A DNA stretch of 64,000 bases from Nitrosopumilus sp. (GTDB taxonomy: Archaea > Thermoproteota > Nitrososphaeria > Nitrososphaerales > Nitrosopumilaceae). The position numbers and the translations under genes are program-made. Below are positions 1 to 8,954 of the stretch, in pieces. Below the pieces are notes generated by a model. The model saw nothing but the letters and a program-made list of their open reading frames with translations, searched no databases and was not told where the DNA came from. Position 1 is the stretch's first letter, and each line of letters starts with the position of its first letter. Where the stretch lies: positions 864,001 through 928,000 of the forward strand of contig OZ252243.1 in assembly GCA_965249555.1 (NCBI GenBank), written 5' to 3'.

Positions 1-146
1 CGAATTGCATCTGCAACCTGATTAAAATCATCATATTCTACAAAAACCAATTCATTTGGCAATTTGGTTTGGTCAATCATTATGACTTTGTTGTCTTTCC
101 ATTCAACTGTTCTCAAAGATGAATAGTTTTCTGATGCCTGTCCCAA
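1..146 (-). CDS. mtnA: Methylthioribose-1-phosphate isomerase (eIF2B-like), N-terminal fragment running off the window edge
   Basis: Manual translation from TTG at 146: [48 protein letters not shown]; the IDQTKLP...VADAI pattern is typical of the MtnA N-terminus. Confidence 0.75.
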   Translation of the reverse strand, partial: MGQASENYSSLRTVEWKDNKVIMIDQTKLPNELVFVEYDDFNQVADAI

Positions 147-217
147 GATGTCATAAGAGATTTCACACTGTATTAAAAATCAAGTGTTATATGGAAAATA
201 ATCCTCAATTTAGTTGA

Positions 218-1228
218 TTGATTAACTTTCAAACTTTGCAAAAAATTGATTCACAGAAAATATATAAAATTTATGATATGTGGCCAGAGATTGCTTTACA
301 ATCATACCAAGATGGAATTGATCAAATAGATTATCCAAAAACATCACACTTTGTTTTTGCTGGAATGGGAGGCTCGGGTACAATAAGTGATGTCTTTGCT
401 GCCATATTATCAAAAACAGATACTCATGTAACAGTTGTAAAAGGATATCATCTTCCTAAAACTGTAAATTCTGAATCAATTGTGGTTGTCACTAGTGTTT
501 CAGGAGATACATCAGAATCATTGTCGGTTCTAGAAAATGCCAAGAAAATAGGTGCGAAGACCATAGCGTTTTCTGATGGTGGTAAGATGAAACAATTTTG
601 CGTGAAAAATAATATTCCTCATAGAAACATTCCTAGATTTCATTCGCCACGAGCATCAGTTACTTCCTTTCTTTATTCTATGTTGCATGTTCTAAAACCT
701 ATTTTGCCGATAAAAGAATCAGATGTTTCAGAATCAATTAATAATTTAAATTCAATTCATGCTAAGATAAATTCTGAAAATATGACAGGGTTAAATCCTG
801 CTATCAAGATTGCTGAGTGGATAAATCAGACTCCTGTAATATACTATCCTTGGGGACTTCAATCTGTAGCCATTAGATTTAAAAACTCTCTTCAGGAAAA
901 CTGCAAGATTCATGTAATGGCAGAAGATGTTATTGAGGCATGTCACAATGGTGTAGTCGCATGGGACAACGATAGTAACTTTCAACCTCTATTAATAAGA
1001 GGAAAAGATGATTATGAAAAAACGGTACAACGATGGGATATCTTAAAGGAATTTTTTGATGGGAGAAAAATTGAGTACAAAGAGATCATAAGTGAGGAAG
1101 GGAATATCCTAACAAAATTGATTTGTATGATTTATCTTCTCGATTATTCTAGTATCTATCTTTCTGTAAAGCTTGGTAGGAATCCAACGCCAGTTGATGC
1201 AATTAACTATATCAAGAATAATCTTTAA
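218..1228 (+). CDS. Bifunctional phosphoglucose/phosphomannose isomerase-like SIS-domain protein
   Basis: GMGGSG, SVSGDTSE, PRAS, RFKNSLQEN and EACHN motifs of the archaeal PGI/PMI family. Confidence 0.85.
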   Translation: MINFQTLQKIDSQKIYKIYDMWPEIALQSYQDGIDQIDYPKTSHFVFAGMGGSGTISDVFAAILSKTDTHVTVVKGYHLPKTVNSESIVVVTSVSGDTSESLSVLENAKKIGAKTIAFSDGGKMKQFCVKNNIPHRNIPRFHSPRASVTSFLYSMLHVLKPILPIKESDVSESINNLNSIHAKINSENMTGLNPAIKIAEWINQTPVIYYPWGLQSVAIRFKNSLQENCKIHVMAEDVIEACHNGVVAWDNDSNFQPLLIRGKDDYEKTVQRWDILKEFFDGRKIEYKEIISEEGNILTKLICMIYLLDYSSIYLSVKLGRNPTPVDAINYIKNNL

Positions 1229-1438
1229 TGAATCTAGACAGACCTTTTTCTAAAGATATTTGTGATTCAAATTCAGGTTTTTTTCTAATTAATGAATGGT
1301 GGATTATTGTACAAGGTTGTTGTAATTATCTTAATAGATTTAAAAGAATTAGAATCATTGTTGTCGGATTGTTTTTTTTTAAAATATTTTTTGTTAGGAA
1401 TTTTGTGTTCTTGACATTCTTTACATAAATATTATTAA

Positions 1439-2089
1439 TTAATTTTTAATCACACCTGGAACTCCAACATAGGTCTTCTTCGAATCAGCATTATCTATCA
1501 AAATAGTTCCAGCACCAATTTTTGTCCATTCACCAATTTTAATTTCATCTTTAATAACAGAACCTGAACCCAGAAATGAACCCTCGCCAATTGAACACAT
1601 TCCATTAATATGTACACCAGGTGAAATTGTAACAAAGTTTTCTATTTTAGTATCATGTGCAATTGTACATGACATATTAATATGAACATGATTACCAATT
1701 TCTACATCTGGCACAATATATGAAAAACCTTGAATAATTACCCCATCGCCAATTTTAGAAAATTTTGAAAGTATTACTGTAGGATGAATGATTGATGGAA
1801 AAAATAGATTCAGTTTTGATAGTTTTTTGACTAATTTTTTTCGGATTTTGCCATCTCCAATACAAATTACACAGCCAACACCAGAATTATTTTCAATCCA
1901 ATCTATTCCTCCTAAAACCTTTAAGTTGCAAATAGTTTTTCCCCACAATTCTTTATTTTCATCAATAAATCCAACAAGCTCAAAAATCCTAGATTTCTTT
2001 TGACAGTCAATTATAGTTTGTAAAACCTCTTTTCCAAATCCACCTGCACCAATCAATACAATTTTCTTAAGTTTAGTTTTTTGTACCAT
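1439..2089 (-). CDS. NeuD/PglD-family sugar acetyltransferase (left-handed beta-helix)
   Basis: N-terminal IGAGGFGKE, GFIDE, IGDGKIR, IIHP, hexapeptide repeats and C-terminal VGVPG. Confidence 0.9.
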   Translation of the reverse strand: MVQKTKLKKIVLIGAGGFGKEVLQTIIDCQKKSRIFELVGFIDENKELWGKTICNLKVLGGIDWIENNSGVGCVICIGDGKIRKKLVKKLSKLNLFFPSIIHPTVILSKFSKIGDGVIIQGFSYIVPDVEIGNHVHINMSCTIAHDTKIENFVTISPGVHINGMCSIGEGSFLGSGSVIKDEIKIGEWTKIGAGTILIDNADSKKTYVGVPGVIKN

Positions 2090-2172
2090 TGGTTAAAACA
2101 AGAATTGTCTAATTGATAAAGAATACTAAAGTAGGTTCTGTCGGGTTATCGAGGGATAAATCCCGTCCCGAT

Positions 2173-2655
2173 TTATAATTCGTTATTACTAGATTTAAAT
2201 TTTAGCCATTCTAATTTTTCAAATCGATCAAAAATCTCCATTATCAGTTTAAAAAAACCCATATTATTCTCTCTAAGTATTTGCTCATATAGAGATTTAC
2301 ACTCTCCTAATATTTTTGCAAATTCAAATAATTTATCACTATCTATATTTTTACATTTAAACTCAATAGTGAAAGTTAAAGCATTTAGTAATCCACTGTA
2401 ACACGCAAACTGGGAATTTTCTTTAGGAATAACTTTGCCGTTCAAAGGTATATCTTGGATTGAATGTATTTCTCGTTCAAGTTTACTAACACTATCACGT
2501 AGATTTTTAATTTGCTTTTTTTCATTTCTTTTGTTTTTGATTGACTGAAGTACGCTAAAGCCAATTCCCACCATAACACTAACAATAACTGGATATATCC
2601 ACATACCAAAAATTGGAACAAAATTAGAAATTAATTCATTCAGCAAGATAAACAA
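2173..2655 (-). CDS. Hypothetical passenger protein with an N-terminal transmembrane segment and a coiled-coil/helical region
   Basis: 160-aa ORF lying wholly inside the inverted repeats; hydrophobic stretch IFGMWIYPVIVSVMVGIGFSVL followed by a K/E-rich heptad region. Confidence 0.6.
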   Translation of the reverse strand: MFILLNELISNFVPIFGMWIYPVIVSVMVGIGFSVLQSIKNKRNEKKQIKNLRDSVSKLEREIHSIQDIPLNGKVIPKENSQFACYSGLLNALTFTIEFKCKNIDSDKLFEFAKILGECKSLYEQILRENNMGFFKLIMEIFDRFEKLEWLKFKSSNNEL

Positions 2656-2689
2656 ATATTGGATGGGTTATTTAAATTGGCATTGTTAA

Positions 2690-2957
2690 GGGTCTGTTGG
2701 ATTATCGAGGAATAAACTCTATTCCGAATTTCCCTTATGAATGGATGCATTTTGGATTAGTGTGATCCATTTGTTCCTGCCATCGACCTCTATCAAGGCC
2801 TGTTCTGCATTCCTGGAACATTCAATACCCATGATGTTAGAGGTAATTACAATTTTACCAATGATCGTGTAGATTTGAATATCTCATTACTCAGACAAAA
2901 TTCTTAAAAATAATTTATTATAAATTATGATTTATTCCTCGATAACTAGACAGACCG
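2690..2957 (-). mobile_element. Nested MITE (internally deleted IS6-like element, 268 bp)
   Basis: 27-bp imperfect inverted repeats (GGGTCTGTTGGATTATCGAGGAATAAA vs CGGTCTGTCTAGTTATCGAGGAATAAA, 22/27 match); flanks attgttaa/aatcttaa are a possible decayed 8-bp duplication; contains a transposase-tail-like remnant. Confidence 0.8.
2719..2832 (-). pseudogene. Transposase C-terminal remnant
   Basis: 37-aa mini-ORF MGIECSRNAEQALIEVDGRNKWITLIQNASIHKGNSE; AE...G.NKWITLIQNAS resembles, from recall, the C-terminus of thaumarchaeal IS6/DDE transposases; it ends next to the inverted repeat. Confidence 0.6.
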
Positions 2958-3009
2958 AATCTTAAGAATTTATAATTTCGTGCCTATATCACGATAACCC
3001 GACAGAACC

Positions 3010-3778
3010 TGAATTAGCACCATTTCTTGCATCCCAGTAATTCACACCAACTCTTTCGCAATAGTCTGCCAACTCATTTGCTAAGGCAATATTAACATCT
3101 CTGTACACACCTTCAAATAATTTTTCAGCTTCTGCATTAGCAAGGGATGACATTTTCAGAGTTCCTTTTTTTGAGATGATTTTTAACAAGTTATCTGCAA
3201 ATTCTAGACTTTTTGGGCCATAACCTGAGACTATTGCAGGATAATTTTCTTCAATATTAGCTAGTGCTCTTCCTTCAAAAATTCTTTCAGGATTATAAAT
3301 TAAGTAAAATTCTTTTTCAGCTTTTAATTTGCTATTTTTTTCTAAGATTTGTTTTACTATATTTTCAGTAGTGCCAGATGGGAGTGATGGACAGACTATT
3401 ACTGCGTCACCTTTTTTGAGTCCTTTAGAAATAGCTGTTGTAGCAGAGAATAGTGCATTTAATTCTATTTTATTTTTCTTGAGACCAACAGGTACTGCTA
3501 TAAATTTAATATCTGAAATTTTGGATGCCTGAACACCATCAGGAGTAATAGTCAATTTTTTTTCTTTAATGCATTAGAAAAGATTTTTGAAATATGTGGT
3601 TCTTTTCTGTGAGAGGTTCCTTTTTTAATATTAGAAAGAAGTTTTTTGGAAATATCTACACCTATTACTTTAGCACCTTTTCGTAACCAAGCTGCCGCAA
3701 TAGGACCTCCAACATTTCCTAATCCATAAATTGCAATGGTTTTTTTTCATTTTTTAATTGTGATTTGATATTAGACAA
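3010..3778 (-). pseudogene. UDP-N-acetylhexosamine dehydrogenase (WecC/WbpA family) pseudogene
   Basis: TTG at 3778; IAIYGLGNVG Rossmann motif in a shifted frame; two -1 frameshifts in A8 tracts (~3740-3747 and ~3556-3563); PER and AEAEKLFEGVYRDVNIALANE motifs; cut by the IS end at 3009 before the GGxC catalytic motif. Confidence 0.88.
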
Positions 3779-3842
3779 CTAAACAAAAGTATTTTTGCAA
3801 GTAATTTAATCTAGTGTTAAAATTTTCTTCCTAAAGAAATTT

Positions 3843-4724
3843 TTACTTAGTTTTAAGCCAGTCTACGGTTTGTTTAAGTCCATTTTCAACACTAGTTGAT
3901 GGAATGCTTCCAAAAGTTGATGATAATAATTTTGGATCAGCTACAAAATTTCCAATCTCGCCAGGTCTTGGATCTTTGAATTCAATCTCGGGCTTAATAT
4001 TCATAGTTTCAGATAGAATTTTAATTATATCTGAAATTGATGTTCCTTTTCCGGTTCCCATGTTGAATATTTTATTATCAGCAATATCTTCAGTTATTGC
4101 TTTTTCAAAGAATGGTACGATATCTTGGATAAAGACATAATCTCGTATCTGATCTCCTTTGCCAAAAACCGTTAGAGGTTGATTTTGAGTTATACGTGAA
4201 TAAAGAGAAGGAATTAGTCCATTTTTTTGATGAGGTCCGTAAATGTTGAAAAATCGGAAAACAACATAATTGAGATTGTTGAGTTCACGATATAGTCTCA
4301 AATAGTGTTCTGATGCTAGTTTTGAAATTCCATAAGCAGTTTTAGGTGTTGCTAGATGATTCTCAGAAACTTGCAATGTTTTTGGTTCGCCAACTAAAGA
4401 GGAAGCAGAAGTAAAAATTATTTTTTTAATGTTGTTTTTTGTACAAGCTTCAAGTATGTTTAGTAACCCTATGATATTTACTTGTGCATTTTTTGCGGGT
4501 CCCTCAATAGAGGAAACCAAAGAGTGTGCTACTAAATCAATTACCACATCTACATCCTTTACTGTATCTTGTACACTAGAAAAATTTGTAACATCAAACT
4601 TTGTATAATTTTGATGACTAGATTTATCAATTAAATCAGCACACAAAATTTCATGATTTTTGGATAGTCCATATACTAAATTATGTCCAACAAAACCTTC
4701 AGAACCTAGAATTAGAATTTTCAA
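3843..4724 (-). CDS. NAD-dependent nucleotide-sugar epimerase/dehydratase (extended SDR)
   Basis: GSEGFVG, YGISK (YxxxK), RFFNIYGP and GDQIRDYVF motifs. Confidence 0.92.
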   Translation of the reverse strand: MKILILGSEGFVGHNLVYGLSKNHEILCADLIDKSSHQNYTKFDVTNFSSVQDTVKDVDVVIDLVAHSLVSSIEGPAKNAQVNIIGLLNILEACTKNNIKKIIFTSASSLVGEPKTLQVSENHLATPKTAYGISKLASEHYLRLYRELNNLNYVVFRFFNIYGPHQKNGLIPSLYSRITQNQPLTVFGKGDQIRDYVFIQDIVPFFEKAITEDIADNKIFNMGTGKGTSISDIIKILSETMNIKPEIEFKDPRPGEIGNFVADPKLLSSTFGSIPSTSVENGLKQTVDWLKTK

Positions 4725-4798
4725 TAATCAAGACACTATACTTGTTTTAAAAAATCTATCTCATAGCTTTATTATACAGCAAAATTGTTGAAAAATAA

Positions 4799-5890
4799 TT
4801 GTCAGAGAGAGAAACTATACCATTAGCTGTTCCTGAAGTTGGAGAAGATGAAATCAGTAAAATAAGAGAAGTTATGAAAACAGGTTTTCTCACAGAAGGT
4901 ATAACCACAAAAGAATTTGAACAAAATGTAGCTGATTATCTAGGTGTCAAACATGCTATTGCAGTTACATCATGCACAACAGGATTACATACCGTTTTTG
5001 AATGTCTAGATATTAAAGGAAAAGAAGTCATCATACCTGATTATACGTACCCAGCAACTGCAGAAGCTGTAATTTTAGCAGGGGGTAAACCAGTACTTGT
5101 GGATGTAGATATTCATAGTATGAATATGACTAGCAGAATTCTTGAGGAAGCATATGATGAATCAATGACAGTATTTTGCCCCGTATCTTGGGCAGGAGTG
5201 CCATTAGAGAGAGAAATTTATCATACTGCAAAAAAATTAAATTTGAAAGTTTTAGAGGATGCGGCTTGTAGTCTTGGTGCAAAAATAGATTCAGATTATG
5301 TTGGTAAAATTGCTGATTATTCATGTTTTAGTTTTCACCCTAGAAAAGTAATAACAACTGGAGAAGGAGGAATGATCACAACAGACGACGATGATATAGC
5401 AGAGAGATGTTATTCTTTCAAACATTTTGGGGCTAAGGGGACTGCTTTTGAAATTATTGGTACAAACTACAAGTTATCAAATATCCTAAGTGCAATTGGT
5501 TTAGTACAAATGAAAAAGATAGAAAGTATAATTCAAACAAGAATAGAAAAGGCAGCAATTTACCGTGAAATGTTATCAAAGATAGAAGGAATTATTCCTG
5601 CATATGAAGGAGAAGGAACAAGACAAACTTTTCAATCATATACTTGTTTTGTGGAAAAAGATGGATACCGAGATAAAATTAGAAACGCTTTGGGTGATGA
5701 AAATATTCAAAGTCAAATAGGAACTTATGCATTACATTTAGAACCAGCATATAAAAATATGAAGAGAGTGGGAAATTTAGAAAATTCAGAATCATTATAC
5801 AAAAATGCTTTAACATTACCATTACATGGTAAACTTACTCAAGAAGATCAAGAAAGAATTTGTCAAATAATATCTAGAACTATACAGTAA
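4799..5890 (+). CDS. DegT/DnrJ/EryC1/StrS-family PLP sugar aminotransferase
   Basis: SCTTGL, EDAACSLG, SFHPRKVITTGEGG (PLP lysine) and GTNYKLS motifs. Confidence 0.95.
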   Translation: MSERETIPLAVPEVGEDEISKIREVMKTGFLTEGITTKEFEQNVADYLGVKHAIAVTSCTTGLHTVFECLDIKGKEVIIPDYTYPATAEAVILAGGKPVLVDVDIHSMNMTSRILEEAYDESMTVFCPVSWAGVPLEREIYHTAKKLNLKVLEDAACSLGAKIDSDYVGKIADYSCFSFHPRKVITTGEGGMITTDDDDIAERCYSFKHFGAKGTAFEIIGTNYKLSNILSAIGLVQMKKIESIIQTRIEKAAIYREMLSKIEGIIPAYEGEGTRQTFQSYTCFVEKDGYRDKIRNALGDENIQSQIGTYALHLEPAYKNMKRVGNLENSESLYKNALTLPLHGKLTQEDQERICQIISRTIQ

Positions 5891-5972
5891 ATTAAATATA
5901 ATAATATTATTAAAAAAATATATCAAATTCAAATAGATAGTATTTTTATAAAGTAAAATAAAAAGAGAATCA

Positions 5973-7139
5973 TTGAAATGTCCAGTTTGTAACAATTCCA
6001 AAACAGAAATAATTTTTAAAAAAATTTTCAAAAGTATAACTTCAGATTTTTATATGATTAATGAGCAAGTATGTAATAAAATATGTCATTCATGTGGTCA
6101 TGTTTTTAATGAAAGTGGTGCCCGAAATAAAATACAGGAATTTTATCGAGAATCTTATAAGTTGATGGATTCGTCATCAGAAGCAGAATTCAAGTACTAT
6201 TCAGGTGGAAAAAGTTTCACATATTCAGATTGGAGATTAAATTGTTTACTTGAAAGAGTTAAACTTCCAAATAACGGTAATGTTTTGGATATAGGTTGTG
6301 GAAAAGGAAATTTTCTTCTACAATTCTCATATAAAAATCCAAAGTGGCATCTACATGGAATTGAAGTCAGTCAAAATGCACTAAATTTTGCAAAAGAAAA
6401 ATTATCAAAAGCCGAATTTAAAGAAGGAGTATTTAACAAAAAATCATATGATAAAGAATTTGATCTTATCACATCATTAGGGGTGGTCGAACATTTAGAA
6501 AATCCTAATTTATTTTTCCAAGCTGTAACATCTTGTTTAAAGGAAGATGGGATTTTATTTTTGGACGTTCCAAATTTTAAATTAAACCCAGCTGATTTGT
6601 TTGTATATGATCATCTTAATCACTTTACAATAGAAACTTTAGAAAATTTACTAAATATTAACAATCTAAAGATAATCAAAGTAATAGAATCATCAGAAAA
6701 AGTTCCTCTTTTTGTAATTTGTAAAAAAACTTCTAAAAATAAAGAAATCAAAAATCATTTTTTGTTTTTAAAGAATATCATTACAGAACATATAAAATTC
6801 AATAATTTAGTTTTTGGCACATTTAGAGAAGTCAATAATAAAAATAAAGAATTAGGAATTTTTGGTTTAGGCATAATAGCATTGGTAGGTATACAACATG
6901 GTTTCATTGATAAAGAAAAAATAATTGGTTTTTTTGATGAAAACAATCTTTTAGTAGGTAAAGAAAGATTTGGAATTGAAATACGTTCATTAGAAGAAAT
7001 TAAAAATTTTCAAAATATTCCAATAATTTTTTCTGTGAGTCCATGTTATTTCAATGACATTATTCCAAAATTAAAAAACATTAAAGCAAATTATTTACTT
7101 CCTAATGGATATAATTATCACAAGAAATTTTTTAGTTAG
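5973..7139 (+). CDS. Class I SAM-dependent methyltransferase with an N-terminal Zn-ribbon (NDP-sugar methyltransferase-like)
   Basis: CPVC...CHSC, VLDIGCGKG, VVEHL...DVPN...DHLNHF, and a C-terminal IFGLG...FFDEN Rossmann-like part. Confidence 0.85.
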   Translation: MKCPVCNNSKTEIIFKKIFKSITSDFYMINEQVCNKICHSCGHVFNESGARNKIQEFYRESYKLMDSSSEAEFKYYSGGKSFTYSDWRLNCLLERVKLPNNGNVLDIGCGKGNFLLQFSYKNPKWHLHGIEVSQNALNFAKEKLSKAEFKEGVFNKKSYDKEFDLITSLGVVEHLENPNLFFQAVTSCLKEDGILFLDVPNFKLNPADLFVYDHLNHFTIETLENLLNINNLKIIKVIESSEKVPLFVICKKTSKNKEIKNHFLFLKNIITEHIKFNNLVFGTFREVNNKNKELGIFGLGIIALVGIQHGFIDKEKIIGFFDENNLLVGKERFGIEIRSLEEIKNFQNIPIIFSVSPCYFNDIIPKLKNIKANYLLPNGYNYHKKFFS

Positions 7140-7146
7140 ATAATAA

Positions 7147-7863
7147 TTAATATTTAAAACTCTTATTTTTTCTAAGCATATTCTTATTTATTTTAATTAG
7201 CACTTGAAAAAATTCATTGAACGACAGTATAAATTTAGATTTTGGTTTTGGAAGATAATTGTGGTTAAAAAATATAGTATAGTGTTTAATTTCACATTTT
7301 TTTGCAGATCTATAGTCAGAAATTGAATTCCCAAGAGATAATACTTCTGATGATTTTAATCTATATTTTTTTAAAATTTTTTCAATCATTTTAATTTTTA
7401 CCATTAAACTATTTTTGGCATTACGAGTATCAAGATTTCCTTTTTCATCATTCATTATAAAATTAATATACAAATATGTATTATTGGCATTAAAAAAATT
7501 TTTAATTATGGATTTATGTTTACGTAATGAACAAATAACAATTGGAATATTATAAGAATATAATTTTTTAAAAAAAAGTTTAGCATATGGTTGAAATTTA
7601 AGGTATTGGATAGAATCAGTACTTTCTAGAAAGTCTTTTCTATAATTTATAAATTCATGTTCATTAAATTTTTGTTTAGATTTTTTTTGGATTATCTTAA
7701 TAATTTCTGATGCTACAAAACCCATTTTTCTGAATTTTCTAATTTCTGTTTTAGTAGGACGATATGATTTAAAAAAAATTGACGTATTTTTGAAACTTTC
7801 ATAATCAAGAGATTCATTGTTAATTAGAGTGTCATCAAAATCAAGAATAACAAGTTTTATCAT
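7147..7863 (-). CDS. HAD-family hydrolase/phosphatase
   Basis: LDFDDTL motif I, CS motif II and LGNSISD motif IV. Confidence 0.8.
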   Translation of the reverse strand: MIKLVILDFDDTLINNESLDYESFKNTSIFFKSYRPTKTEIRKFRKMGFVASEIIKIIQKKSKQKFNEHEFINYRKDFLESTDSIQYLKFQPYAKLFFKKLYSYNIPIVICSLRKHKSIIKNFFNANNTYLYINFIMNDEKGNLDTRNAKNSLMVKIKMIEKILKKYRLKSSEVLSLGNSISDYRSAKKCEIKHYTIFFNHNYLPKPKSKFILSFNEFFQVLIKINKNMLRKNKSFKY

Positions 7864-8924
7864 AACTTTGGAACCTTATTAATTTCATCAAACGATATGT
7901 ATTTTTCAATTAATTCCCTTACCACGTAACCAAACTTATGATCTATTTTTTCTGGAATATCTCCAAATAGACGATATCTACAAAAAATATCTGGTTCATT
8001 ATAACCAACTAGACTTCTTGGTCCAGTAGTACCAGAAAATCTTGGATTGATTTCAAATGGTATAATGCCATCATCAGTTTTTCTACATTGTATATTTACA
8101 GGTCCATTTGCACCTAGAGCTTTAACGATTTTTTCGGCAGAAGCTCGTATATCCTTAAAATCATCAATAAGCCCTTGAGAAATGCCAGATGAGATAACAT
8201 ATTTTTTGCCACTTTTAGGATCTACAATTGTTTGTCTTGTTGATAAACCACTTCCTAACATTCTTTTCATTGCTATTGATGTCATTAATTTTCCATTATC
8301 CGCGTATAGAACACCAATAGTAAATTCATCCTCAGAAGTACCAACATAATTTTGAATGAGGGGTTCCATACCATATTTTTTTAAATATTTTGTAAAAAAT
8401 AGTGCTTCTTCTAGATCCAATGCTAAAAATACATTTTGAGATCCACCTCCAATTCTTGGTTTAATGATTATTGGAAAATCTGGAAATATCTTTAGATCAT
8501 CTTCATTCTCATATAGGACATAATTAGGATGTTCAAATCCATTTTTTTTAAGAAAATTCATTAATTCTAATTTATCGGTGCATTTCTCAATAACTTCCCA
8601 AGGATTAAGAAGTACTTTGATTCCTTGCTCTTCAAAAAGAGTAGCATTTTGTGAAATTTTTCTTAATTCAGGTTCAGAACCTGAGACGATTGCCTGAATA
8701 TTTTCTTTTTTACAAATTTTCAAAAGACTATCCAAATAACTTTCAGAATGTACAGATTGAATTAAATATTTTGAGGATGTTTCATATAATCCAAAACTTG
8801 TAGGTGAAATATCTGTCGCAGTAATATTATAATCGTTGTCAGATAATTTGAAGGCCTTCATTAGTTCTCTCCCTGTTCCTCCACCTCCAGTTCCAGTGAT
8901 TAGTACATTAATTGATTCAGACAT
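7860..8924 (-). CDS. ATP-grasp ligase (carbamoyl-phosphate-synthase-like family found in glycan loci)
   Basis: ITGTGGG, CTDK, IIKPRIGGGS, QNYV...EFT, GPVNIQ and FEINPRFSG motifs. Confidence 0.9.
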   Translation of the reverse strand: MSESINVLITGTGGGGTGRELMKAFKLSDNDYNITATDISPTSFGLYETSSKYLIQSVHSESYLDSLLKICKKENIQAIVSGSEPELRKISQNATLFEEQGIKVLLNPWEVIEKCTDKLELMNFLKKNGFEHPNYVLYENEDDLKIFPDFPIIIKPRIGGGSQNVFLALDLEEALFFTKYLKKYGMEPLIQNYVGTSEDEFTIGVLYADNGKLMTSIAMKRMLGSGLSTRQTIVDPKSGKKYVISSGISQGLIDDFKDIRASAEKIVKALGANGPVNIQCRKTDDGIIPFEINPRFSGTTGPRSLVGYNEPDIFCRYRLFGDIPEKIDHKFGYVVRELIEKYISFDEINKVPKL

Positions 8925-8954
8925 TTCTTAGTAAATTGAGATAAATCTCTAATA

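Larger units (their letters stand above)
2134..3009. mobile_element. Non-autonomous IS6-family-like cassette carrying a passenger gene
   Basis: Perfect 18-bp terminal inverted repeat GGTTCTGTCGGGTTATCG (2134-2151, reverse complement at 2992-3009). The GGTTCTGT start matches IS6-family ends. No intact transposase and no target-site duplication. Confidence 0.85.

Noticed and set aside
1228-1428. 66-aa plus-strand ORF
   Set aside because: Low-complexity F/I-rich translation of T-rich DNA with no motif.
2989-3555. 188-aa ORF as an intact gene
   Set aside because: It is the middle fragment of a pseudogene whose stop comes from the IS end.
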